Positions 42,162-51,731 of a stretch of DNA of 64,000 nt are shown here, piece by piece (the first letter of the stretch is position 1; each line of letters begins with the position of its first letter). The notes beneath the pieces are model-generated. The model searched no databases, had not been told where the DNA came from, and saw nothing but the letters and a program-made list of their open reading frames with translations. The DNA is taken from contig CAVZRV010000028.1 in the NCBI GenBank assembly GCA_963777605.1, positions 64,001 to 128,000 of the forward strand, written 5' to 3'. Source of the DNA: an uncultured Acidobacteriota bacterium (GTDB lineage Bacteria; Acidobacteriota; UBA6911; RPQK01; JAPXNP01). A program made the translations under genes and the position numbers.

Positions 42162-43658
42162 GTGAGCAAGAAATTCAATCGTAGAATGTTTATTGGCGCA
42201 TCCGGAGCCGGAGTGGCCGGAGCCGGCCTGGTCGGTTCGAAACTTCTGGCCGGGCGCCCGAGTGTCACCGTTCAGTCGACTCTGGACAACATACGGCAAC
42301 AGTCCCAGAAGCAGTATAGCCAGCGATTCAACATGTCCGGCTACCGTGCACCGAAGATCGATACGGTCCGTATCGGGTTCATCGGTCTCGGGAGCCGGGG
42401 TCCGGGGCATGCCCGGAATATGAGCCTCCTGGAAGGTGTTGAGATCAAGGCTCTCTGCGATCTCGTTCCTGAGGAAGCGGAAAAGGTCAGGAAATGGATT
42501 GACTTTGCCGGTTTCAATCCGGACATGTACACGGGCGATGCCGATGCCTGGAAGAAGCTCTGCGATCGAGACGACATCGACCTGGTTTACATTTGCACGC
42601 CCTGGAATCTGCATACCCCGATGGCGGTTTACGCGATGGAACAGGGCAAGCACGTGGCACTGGAGGTTCCTGCAGCCGATACGCTCGAAGAATGCTGGCA
42701 GTTGGTTGAGACCTCCGAGAAGACCCGCAAGCACTGCCAGATGATGGAGAACTGCTGTTACGACTTCTTCGAACTCCTGACTCTGAACATGGCCCGGCAG
42801 GGATTTTTCGGCGATATCGTCCACGGCGAGGGCGCCTATCTCCACACCCTGCTGGAGAGCAACTTCAACAAGAACGGCTACTGGAACATGTGGCGTCTGA
42901 GAGAAAACGAACACCGGCGCGGCAACCTCTACCCCACACACGGGCTGGGCCCGATTTGCCAGATCATGGACATCAACCGGGGCGACCGGATGGAGTACCT
43001 GGTCTCCATGATGAGCAACGATTTCGAGATGAACAAAACGGCCGAGGAACTGGCGGCAACGGACAACTTCTACAGGGAATTCGTTGACCAGCCCTACCGC
43101 GGCAACATGACCACCACGACCATCCGGACCAACAAGGGACGCACGATCATGCTGCAGCACGACGTGACTTCCCCGAACGTCTACTCCAGGATCCACAAGG
43201 TCAGTGGGACCAAGGCTTCCGCCCTGAAATACCCACTTCCACCCAAAATCGCCATCGGTCATCAGGGGTGGGTTTCGGATGAGGAATTCAAGACTCTGCA
43301 GGAAAAATACACACCGGAAATCGTCAAGCGAGTTGGTGAAATGGCGAAGGAGGTCGGTGGGCATGGCGGCATGGACTTCCTTGAAGACTGGCGCCTGATC
43401 GATTGTCTGCGCAACGGGTTGCCTCTCGACCAGGACGTCTACGATGCGGCCCTCTGGACCTCGATCGCGCCACTGAGTGAGTGGTCGGTTGCGAACCGCT
43501 CCAATTCGATCGACGTGCCCGATTTCACCGGCGGATCGTGGAAGGCCAACAGCCCTGTGGACATACGGTTGGAGGAAGGCGGCAATACGAAAGTAATCCG
43601 AGCCGCCCCGCGCCGACGCCGCAGGCCCCGCCCGGCTGTCGAAGGAGTCCAAAGCTAG
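42162..43658 (+). CDS. GH109 alpha-N-acetylgalactosaminidase-like (Gfo/Idh/MocA), Tat-exported
   Basis: Tat motif NRRMFIG, GFIGLGSRG, ICTPWNLH, MENCCY, LYPTHGLGP and GGHGGMD. Confidence 0.92.
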   Translation: MSKKFNRRMFIGASGAGVAGAGLVGSKLLAGRPSVTVQSTLDNIRQQSQKQYSQRFNMSGYRAPKIDTVRIGFIGLGSRGPGHARNMSLLEGVEIKALCDLVPEEAEKVRKWIDFAGFNPDMYTGDADAWKKLCDRDDIDLVYICTPWNLHTPMAVYAMEQGKHVALEVPAADTLEECWQLVETSEKTRKHCQMMENCCYDFFELLTLNMARQGFFGDIVHGEGAYLHTLLESNFNKNGYWNMWRLRENEHRRGNLYPTHGLGPICQIMDINRGDRMEYLVSMMSNDFEMNKTAEELAATDNFYREFVDQPYRGNMTTTTIRTNKGRTIMLQHDVTSPNVYSRIHKVSGTKASALKYPLPPKIAIGHQGWVSDEEFKTLQEKYTPEIVKRVGEMAKEVGGHGGMDFLEDWRLIDCLRNGLPLDQDVYDAALWTSIAPLSEWSVANRSNSIDVPDFTGGSWKANSPVDIRLEEGGNTKVIRAAPRRRRRPRPAVEGVQS

Positions 43659-43668
43659 ATTCGGTAGA

Positions 43669-43717
43669 GGCGGGCCTGAACCAGCGGGCTGAATCGGACC
43701 GCTGGTTCAGGCTCGCC
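43669..43717. terminator. Long hairpin after the GH109 gene (terminator- or REP-like)
   Basis: GGCGGGCCTGAACCAGCGG-11nt-CCGCTGGTTCAGGCTCGCC, preceded by GTAGA; no U-tract. Confidence 0.5.
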
Positions 43718-43769
43718 CGTCCACGCTGCAGAGATCATTGGTTTCATGCCGTAAACCAAGAGGATCATC

Positions 43770-45675
43770 TTGTTCTTCCTGAGTTTCCATCGCAAAGACC
43801 CGCCTCCGGACCATTCCGTCAGAAGCCAGGATGTGATTGGCCACCTGATGCCGTTTGCCCAGCCTGACCGAAGCGGCACTTTCGAAGACTGCCGGGCACT
43901 GCTGATCCAGTGCGTCACTTGGAATACCGCCCCGTCCCGGGAGGAGCCGGCGCCGTTCCGTGACCCAGAATCAGGGGTCCTCGCCGCCGCCTGGGCCCGG
44001 ATCGACAACCGGGAGGAACTGGCCGAAGAGCTTGGCATGTCACGGACGGAGGCCAATCGGATCTGCGACACCGAACTGATCTGCCACTGCTACGGCAAGT
44101 GGAGAGAGGATTGTGTCGATCACCTCGTTGGTGACTTCGTCTTTGTGATCTATGACGAGAAAGAGCGTCGGGTCTTCTGCGGTCGCGACCATATGGGAGT
44201 CCGGCCCTTTTACTACTTTCTCTCCGATGACCGGTTCGTCTGTGCCACCAGCATCGCCCCGCTGCTTCATGTCAAAGACTTGCCAATCCAGATCAGCCGG
44301 AAGTGGATCGTCGACTATCTGACCCGCCTGTCGATGAGTTTTGACGAGACCCCGTATCCGCAAATCCGCAAATTGCCCCCGGCCCACACGCTCACCGTCA
44401 CCCCGGAGCAACATCGTCTCCGACGGTATTTCGAACTCTCGGCGCAACCCGGAGCTGAAGCTGAAGGACTCCCGGGAGTATGTGGACGCCTATCGAGAGC
44501 AGTTGGAAACCGCCATCAAATGCCGGCTCGCCACCGGCTACCCCCTCGGCTCCGAACTGAGCGGGGGCATCGATTCATCGACCATCACCGCCTACGCCGC
44601 GAAATTTCTCGGCCGGCAACTCACCCATTTCCACGCGTTCGCTTTCGCTCACCTGGAGATGGAACCGCAGTACATCCTTGCCGTAAGCCAGGCATACGGA
44701 CTCCCGCACACCCACGTCGTGGCGGATCGCCCCCAGGTTACAGATGCGGTCATTGACCGGTCCCTCAGGATTCTCGGCTATCCAGTCGAACACGGCAATG
44801 CCACGTTCCATGAGCTGTTCTACCAGCTGGCGGAACAACTCGATGTGCGGACCCTGCTGTCGGGATTCGGCGGCGATGAGTTCGGGACGACCATCCACGG
44901 CTACATGGTGCCCATGGAATTCATGGTGAAGAATCGTTATCTGGACCTTCTGAACATCCTCCCCGGGAAATCATTTCTCCGTCCCCTGCGACTCGCAAAG
45001 CTGGCGCTCAGAAGAGTGAAAACAAGGAACTTCACCCGCCCTGCGTACAACCCCCGGTTCTTGCAGGCCTGGAACAACCGCTGGCCCCATCAGATCGTGA
45101 CCGACGAGGCGATCAACGCATTCGATCTAAAGACGCGCCATTTCGAAAATGCCCGGTTTGATGCCGGCTACACCGACCTCAAGCGATTCACCATTGAAAA
45201 GCGCTGGATGCCTTTCGTGCCCACCCGCATGGAGAACTGCACTCTCATGGCCGCCGGGCGCAAGATCGAGTACCGCTGGCCATTGCTGGACGTGCGCCTG
45301 GTGAAACTTTGGCTGAGCATCCCGTCAGAGGAAAACTACTTCAGGGGAATGGGCCGCTACCTTCATCGCCGGGCCATCGTCGGGGTCGTCCCGGATCTGG
45401 TCACCTGGAAGGCAAGTAAGGACATGGGAGATCCCGCTCCGAGTAGTGATGCCGTATCCGAGGCGCGCATGGATACCAACGTCCTGGACCAACTCCATCC
45501 GGATCTGAAAGGACTAATCGACGTCGAGAAACTCACTCGACAGGCCGGCAAGATCGCGGACGCTGACACTGCAAGAACTCCTGCTCTTCGCACTCAGATC
45601 AGTCGCAACCTGCGCGCAGTAAAACACCTCGATTACTGGCTAAAGCACTGTCCACCCGGAGCCTCCATAGTGTAA
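43770..45675 (+). CDS. Lasso peptide cyclase (asparagine synthetase-like, C protein); frameshift near 44450
   Basis: ARIDNREEL, LVGDFVFVIYD, RDHMGVRPFYY, ELSGGIDSS, LLSGFGGDE and EYRWPLLD. No N-terminal catalytic Cys is seen. Near RRE, precursor and B2 genes. Confidence 0.8.
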
Positions 45676-46932
45676 GCCGGAGGCATCCCCGCGAGCAGGC
45701 CTCCGTGGATGAGCTGGGGGATCAGGGTTCCCCACCCGGTGTTTCCCTCCAGCAGGAAGGGACCCTGATCCGTAACCACGTAATCCCAGGCAATGGCATA
45801 GACATCCCGGAAGTGTTCGTGCGCGGCAATGGAGTGCCCCTTCATTTCGGCCCAGAAGGGGACAGTCCGGTTTTCGGCCCTGGCGTAGGTTCCCAAAGGC
45901 GGGCTTCGGCTCCGACGGGGAATCGATCCGGCGTCCCACGGCAGGGTCTCTCCACTTTCCCGGTCAATCGGAAGAATGATGTGAAAGGCCCGCCCTCTCG
46001 GAAGGGGCTTTTGGCGGCCTCGTTCTGTCATTGGCCCGGGAATCTCCAGCACGGCTGCGTAGCAACGAGCCGATCGACCGGCCGGGGCCTCGGTAATGAC
46101 CCGGACAGTGACGGCATCATCGCTTTCACAGAGTCCGGCCAGGTCGGGATGGTTCGGCATCAGGGGCTGAACCAGGTAGGGTTCCTGTGCCAGGCTCTCT
46201 CGCAGGCGATCCCACGTCGCTGGGCAAGTCGTCATCCCCTGCCGCGTTTCAAACACGGAGAAGACGGGATTCACCACCGTCCCGCTTCACGACAAAACAT
46301 CCCCGCCCGGCCGACCCGTGGCGAGGTTTGACGAAGAGCCCCGGGTACCCGGTCATCTGAACCGACGCACTGAAATCGCCCCCTGGAGGAATCACTTCCA
46401 GGGTGGGAACCATGGGAATGCCATCTTGACCCAGGATTTCGGCTGTCGCCTGCTTATCTCCGAGAATCCGTCCAGACTCACCGCGGTTCCCGTTTCGCAG
46501 ATCGCGCCATCGATGAAATGCCGGTAGTTCATGGGTGAAGACGTAATTCCAAATCCGCTTGTCTTGACCCTTCCGATACAGCCGGAAAGCATATGTTTCC
46601 GACGGCGGGATACAGCAAGCCAGCGCAACCCGAATCACACGCAGGAACTGGGAGATCATCCCCATGCCGTCCCTATCCCTGACGGTTGGCCCCAGCCGCC
46701 TGACCGCGCGAAAGGTCCCCCGCCAGGAGGAGAAAAGCGTCCAACGGAGATAGAGAAACGCCTCCATCACCAGGAAGAGCGGGAGAGGAGCCCGGGGAAA
46801 GCCCTTGAGCCAGAGACTTCGGTGAATGCGGACTTCAGGAGCTTGACGGGGCAAAAGATAGCGGGGACTCACCAATCCGTGGGGCAGCGAGCGGTTCAGG
46901 AGATGGCGCCTCACGAAACTCCGGAAACTCAT
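45633..46932 (-). CDS. Sugar-transfer-associated ATP-grasp family protein; frameshift near 46270
   Basis: GDKQATAEIL, LFVKPRHGSAGRG, LVQP, TVRVIT and IAWDYVVTDQGPFLLEGN. ATG overlaps the upstream stop (ATGA). Confidence 0.75.
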
Positions 46933-48261
46933 CTTGGCCATCCCGTCCCCAGCGAAGACGAAGGAGGAACCTCTCCCGAAGGAATCTCCGAGTCCGGCAC
47001 GACGACACCCCGAACGCGAAGTAGCCGGCCGGTGTCGGGGGACAGCTCTTTCGAGCTCCATTCGGAGCGACTCTTCACATCACAGCCCAGGCCAAAGTAG
47101 AAATCGCCGTTCAGGATTTCGAATGCCCGGGCGAACGTCGAAGCGGTGAAATGCAGGACCTCGAACCATTCCCTTAGATCACGGCTGCCGATTACCGCGA
47201 CCTCAACGCCGGCTTCACCGGTCGGCCCCTGCAAAAGCACAAACGCGACTCCATCTTGAACGATCAGGTCTCTCGGAAACGTCCGATCCGGCAGCCGGAT
47301 GCGGGCGACCCGGCAGTTTCGAGGCGCCAGGGACTCGGCCCGATAGAGCCCGAATGGGAGCGGACCGGCGGAGCCGATGTAGAGCGCCGCATCGCCCACA
47401 GCCGTGGCCCGATGGATCGAGGATGCTCGCCCCCGGACCTCCGTCGTTTCAGGAAACAACTCCCCGGCGGTGAGGTCGGGCCTGCGCGAAAAGCCCTTCC
47501 CGTCTTCGGCCAGTTCGTAAACCGCGGAATAGTACTTCTCCCGGCCATGGTGCAGTGATCCACGTCTCCAGCCCCGGGCCGGGAAAAACGTCGGTGGCGT
47601 AGAGCCGTCCCGAGACCTGGAGAAAAGTCTGAACGGCATATCCGCCCAGTGGAAAAACCTTCCACGATCCGCCGCGATCTTCGGATACCGCGACCGCCGA
47701 GCCGTAGCCATTGAAATCGACATACCAGGGGACCGTATCCGTAGCCTTAAGCCCGACATAGAGACTCCCGGCGTGGCCAGTCAGAGCGGCGGCATGAATC
47801 GCCCGGGGAATCGTCCGCAACTTCCGCCAATTTCCGCCGGGTTCCCGGCGATAAAGGTTTCCGAGCTCCCAGCCTTCTCTCGGATCGGCACCCGGAATGT
47901 AGAGCGTATCCTCGACGATCTCAAAGCGGCTGATCTCCTCTTCGTCGACTTCCCCTTCCCGAACCACCGTTCCTGCGTCCGGGTCCCACGCCAGAATCGG
48001 CACCGGTCCCGCATTCGGGGCAGGACCGCTGTTGTCGTAGTTGCCCGCGCCGATATAGAGACGCCCGCTGAAAGCCTGCAGGTCCCAGACGTTGCGTGCA
48101 TAGACGGCATCTCCTCCTGAATAGCGGTCAGCAAACGGGATACCAAGGTCCTCGACGCTAGCTGCCCCTCCGGAAAAAGGGCTCACCGGGGGCGCCGGAA
48201 AGCAAAGTCCCCCCATAAACAGAACAGCCAGGACAGTGAAAAGGCTGGCTCGAAACTTCAA
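46929..48261 (-). CDS. Secreted beta-propeller-like hypothetical protein; frameshift near 47550
   Basis: TTG start with signal LKFRASLFTVLAVLFMGGLCFPA, blade-like GRLYIGAG/GSLYVG/LYIGS repeats, and Asp-box SEDRGGSW. Confidence 0.6.
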
Positions 48262-48359
48262 TTCGCATGAATTGGAAGACTTGGACGACTTGGACTCGTT
48301 TGAGCCGGGCTTGATGCGGTCGGTGCAGAGCCGGGGACGCGATCGTCGGCTGGATCCTG

Positions 48360-49190
48360 GTTCCTGGCCCGGCAACAGTTCGGCGGTTCGCCAAAGTTCC
48401 GCAGGCGCAGGCCCGGTGAGGGCCTGCCTCTGTGTGCTCGACGGTCTTGCGGCTGGCGCCAAAACACAGAGCCGGGGGTAAGGCGAAGCCGCGCCCCCGG
48501 GTTCCTGGCCCGGCACCAGTTCGGCGGTTCGCCAAAGTTCCGCAGGCGCAGGCCCGGTGAGGGCCTGCCTCTGTGTGCTCGACGGTCTTGCGGCTGGCTC
48601 CAAAACGCAGAGCCGGGGGTAAGGCGAAGCCGCGGCCCCGGGTTCCTGGCCCGGCACCAATTCGGCGGTTCGCCAACGTTCCGTGGGCGCAGGCCCGGTG
48701 AGGGCCTGCCTCTGTGTGCTCGACGGTCTTGCGGCCGGCGCCAAAACACAGAGCCGGGGGTAAGGAACGCGCCCCCGGGTTCCAAAACACAGAGCCGGGG
48801 GTAAGGCGAAGCCGCCCCCCCGGGTTCCTGGTCCGGCACCAGTTCGGCGGTTCGGCAAAGTTCCGTGGACGCAGGCCCGGTGAGGGCCTGCCTCTGTGTG
48901 CTCGAGGGTCTTGCGGCTGGCGTCCAGACGCAGAGCCGGGGGTAAGGAACGCGCCCCCGGGTTCCAAAACACAGAGCCGGGGGTAAGGCGAAGCCGCCCC
49001 CCCGGGTTCCTGGTCCGGCACCAGTTCGGCGGTTCGGCAAAGTTCCGTGGACGCAGGCCCGGTGAGGGCCTGCCTCTGTGTGCTCGAGGATTTTGTGGCT
49101 GGCGTCCAGACGCAGAGCCGGGGGTAAGGCAAAGCCGCGCCCCCGGGCACATCAGGTCAGGTTTCACTCGATGCCGCGCCCCCGGGCATG
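48360..49190. repeat. BIME/REPIN-like tandem array 1 (five units)
   Basis: Units start at 48360, 48501, 48642, 48824 and 49006 (periods 141, 141, 182, 182 bp). Contains 5 GCAGGCCC-GGTGA-GGGCCTGC hairpins and 7 CAGAG-CCGGGGGTAAGG...CCCCGG hairpins. Confidence 0.92.
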
Positions 49191-49259
49191 TCGGGTAAAA
49201 CTTCACTCTCAGAATCATTCCCCGCGAGGTCGGAGCTCCCCGCAGAACAAGAGCAAAAG

Positions 49260-49562
49260 TCAGTCTGCGTCTTCCACGATCCGGATCGTGCCGTCAGACG
49301 CCAAGTCGTTCAGAAAGTCCAGGACGTCCTCCTGACAACGGCCCTCGTCAACCTCGTAGCGCGCCATCATTGTCTCGCAGATCTCCGACACCCGAACCGG
49401 GTTCTCAAGAAGATCCCAGATTTCACTGGCAATCACGTCAAGCCCGGAATAGGTGCCGTGTTCGACGCTCATCATGACCACTTCATCGTCGAGCAGGCTG
49501 GTTAAAACCTCCTCGGAACGGGCGATCGTCGATCCCAGTTCGACGGTCTTCTGTTTCTCCAT
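49260..49562 (-). CDS. PqqD-family RiPP recognition element (lasso B1)
   Basis: DDEVVMMSVEHGTYSGLDVIASEIWDLLENP...YEVDEGRCQEDVLDFLNDL. Confidence 0.92.
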   Translation of the reverse strand: MEKQKTVELGSTIARSEEVLTSLLDDEVVMMSVEHGTYSGLDVIASEIWDLLENPVRVSEICETMMARYEVDEGRCQEDVLDFLNDLASDGTIRIVEDAD

Positions 49563-49689
49563 AGCCTATCACCACCAGCCTGAACGAACCGATCAGCAGC
49601 CCGGTATCCCCAACTCGACTGAGGTACAGGTCCGATTTCAGTGACGTTTCCGCGGACTCCAGCAGGAAACTGCTATGCTGCAATCGCCC

Positions 49690-49884
49690 TCAAGACGGAC
49701 CCGACTGGTACTTCGTCTCAAGGGAAATGAAGCTTGCTTTCCCTTCCGTAAGGCTTGCAGCCATTTTTCGCCTTGCAGGGCGTGACCAGGGTCGTTTCCC
49801 GCTGCGGGACCGCAACGGAGAATTTTCCAGAGTCCCGTTGACCTTGTCCACACCTGGCTGACCTCGCCGTTCGACTCGTGACAT
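49690..49884 (-). CDS. Lasso peptide precursor A1
   Basis: RBS GGAGGAAGG. Leader has WSRP (Y/WxxP) and Thr at -2. Predicted core GKASFISLETKYQSGPS with Gly1, Glu9 and C-terminal Ser. Confidence 0.85.
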   Translation of the reverse strand: MSRVERRGQPGVDKVNGTLENSPLRSRSGKRPWSRPARRKMAASLTEGKASFISLETKYQSGPS

Positions 49885-50054
49885 ATAGATTCCTTCCTCC
49901 AGCCCTTACCGGCCGGCGCTTCGTACTTGGCCCCATATAATCGCACGCCCCCCCCCACAAAGGCAATCCTCCAACAGGCTTCACGATTGAGAAAAGACAT
50001 CGGATCGGCTATTGATTCACGCTCGCCGAGGGCGCGATCGTCGGCTGGATCCGG

Positions 50055-50811
50055 GTTCCTGGTCCGGCACCAGTTCGGCGGTTCGGCACAGTGCCGTGGA
50101 CGCAGGCCCGGTGAGGGCCTGCCTCTGTGTGCTCGAGGATTTTGCGACTGGCGTCCAGACGCAGAGCCGGGGGTAAGGAACGCGCCCCCGGGTTCCAAAA
50201 CACAGAGCCGGGGGTAAGGCGAAGCCGCCCCCCCGGGTTCCTGGCCCGGCACCAGTTCGGCGGTTCGGCAAAGTTCCGTGGACGCAGGCCCGGTGAGGGC
50301 CTGCCTCTGTGTGCTCGACGGTCTTGCGACTGGCGCCAAAACACAGAGCCGGGGGTAAGGAACGCGCCCCCGGGTTCCAAAACACAGAGCCGGGGGTAGG
50401 CGAAGCCGGCCCCGGGGTCCCTGGCAGGGCAACGCGTTTGGGAGAGTCACGCAAAGCCAGAATGGGTGCTGTCGCCAGAGCATACCGACGGCTTGTGGGT
50501 TGGTGGGCGACCCCGTGGACGCAGGCCCGGTGAGGGCCTGCCTCTGTGTGCTCGACGGTCTTGCGGCTGGCGCCAAAACGCAGAGCCGGGGTAAGGCGGC
50601 CCCGCGCCCCCGGGTTCCTGGCAGGGCAACGCGTTTGGGAGAGTCACGCAAAGCCAGAATGGGTGCTGTCGCCAGAGCATACCGACGGCTTGTGGGTTGG
50701 TGGCGACCCCGTGGGCGCAGGCCCGGTGAGGGCCTGCCTCTGTGTGCTCGACGGTCTTGCGACTGGCGCCCAGACGCAGAGCCGGGGGTAAGGCGAAGCC
50801 GCGCCCCCGGG
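50055..50811. repeat. BIME/REPIN-like tandem array 2 (four units)
   Basis: Same hairpins as array 1 (4 and 6 copies). The last two units carry a different ~100-bp linker (TGGCAGGGCAACGCG...GCGACCCC) repeated twice. Confidence 0.92.
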
Positions 50812-50886
50812 CATGTCGGGTAAAACTTCAACTCTCTGAATCATTCCCCGCGAGGTCGGAGTTCCCCAAGAGAACAAGAGCAAAAG

Positions 50887-51175
50887 TCAGTCTGCGTCTT
50901 CCACGATCCGGATCGTGCCGTCAGACGCCAGGTCGTTCAGAAAGTCGAGGACGTCCTCCTGACAACGGCCCTCGTCGACCTCGTAGCGCGCCATCATTGT
51001 CTCGCAGATCTCCGGACTCGAACCGAGGTACAAGGTCCCAGATTTCAGTGGCAATGTCAGCCCGGAATAGGTGCCGCGTCGACGCTCATCAAGACACTGC
51101 ATGCTGCAGGCTGGTAAAACCTCCTCGGAACGGGCGATCGTCGATCCCAGTTCGACGGTCTTCTCTTCAGATTCT
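50887..51175 (-). pseudogene. Second RRE (lasso B1) copy, disrupted by small deletions
   Basis: C-terminal EICETMMARYEVDEGRCQEDVLDFLNDLASDGTIRIVEDAD is identical to 49260-49562. The 5' half aligns at DNA level with many small gaps (real decay or read error). Confidence 0.75.
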
Positions 51176-51247
51176 CAAGCACCGCTCTAAATCCGACTGG
51201 GCCTACGGAATCACTTCAGTGGAAAGCCCGCCAACCGGCATCTGTCC

Positions 51248-51453
51248 TCAAGAGGGCGCGCTGTTGTATTTGGTGCCCAAAGTCTCTGATGAGGGACGAC
51301 AATCTTCCCTTCTGTAAGGTTTGCGGCCAATCTTTCGCCTCTCCGGGCGTGACCAGGGCCGTCTCCCACTACCGGGCCCCACCGGAGAACGTTCCGGGGT
51401 CCCGTTAACCCTATTCCGCTCCTGGTTGACCTCGTCCATTCGTCTAGTGACAG
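51248..51453 (-). CDS. Lasso peptide precursor A2 (apparent compensating indels)
   Basis: DNA aligns with A1. RRPWSRPERRK is in one frame, LAANLTEGKIVVP in the adjacent frame, then SSETLGTKYNSAPS*. Corrected core: GKIVVPSSETLGTKYNSAPS. Confidence 0.65.
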
Positions 51454-51731
51454 TAACTTCCTTCCTCCAGCCCTCACGGGACGGCGCTTCGTACTTGACC
51501 CAATTATAGTCGCACGCCCCCCCACAAAGACAATCCTCCAACAGGCTTGACGATTGAGAAAAGACATCGGATCGGCTATAAATTCAGGCTCGCCGGCCGG
51601 TGCTGCATGCCTCCGATTGGCCGCTTTCAGGTATTCTCTGGTGTGAGACAGAAGCGGTGGGTTCACGAATCGATCGGGTGGGTAAGGTCCGGTTGACCGA
51701 ACAACGACGCCAAAAGGATTGAAGAGGGTTT

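Noticed and set aside
42159-43652. 497-aa antisense ORF, and similar shadow ORFs (e.g. 56403-57740, 30668-31741, 2622-3746)
   Set aside because: They mirror well-supported genes on the opposite strand, as expected in high-GC coding DNA.
43770-45675. Housekeeping asparagine synthetase asnB
   Set aside because: It lacks the N-terminal MCGI glutaminase Cys and lies near RRE, precursor and B2 genes.
48272-48298. 9-bp tandem TTGGA(A/C)GAC x3 upstream of the propeller gene
   Set aside because: Too short and degenerate to support a function.
49260-49562. PQQ biosynthesis gene pqqD
   Set aside because: No pqqA/B/C/E genes nearby; the context is lasso peptide.
49693-49720. TKYxSxPS tail resembling the microviridin TxKYPSD core, i.e. 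a graspetide
   Set aside because: No acceptor Asp/Glu follows, there is no PFFARFL-type leader, and the ATP-grasp looks like the sugar-transfer-associated type. The lasso rules fit much better.
48360-50811. Repeat arrays as CRISPR
   Set aside because: Intervening sequences are near-identical rather than unique spacers, the units are 141-200 bp, and no cas genes are present.
48158-50831. Long ORFs through the arrays (48158-49150, 48258-49040, 49638-50831, N-terminus of 47449-49218)
   Set aside because: GC-rich repeats stay open in several frames at once, and the translations are repeat echoes with no protein-like features.
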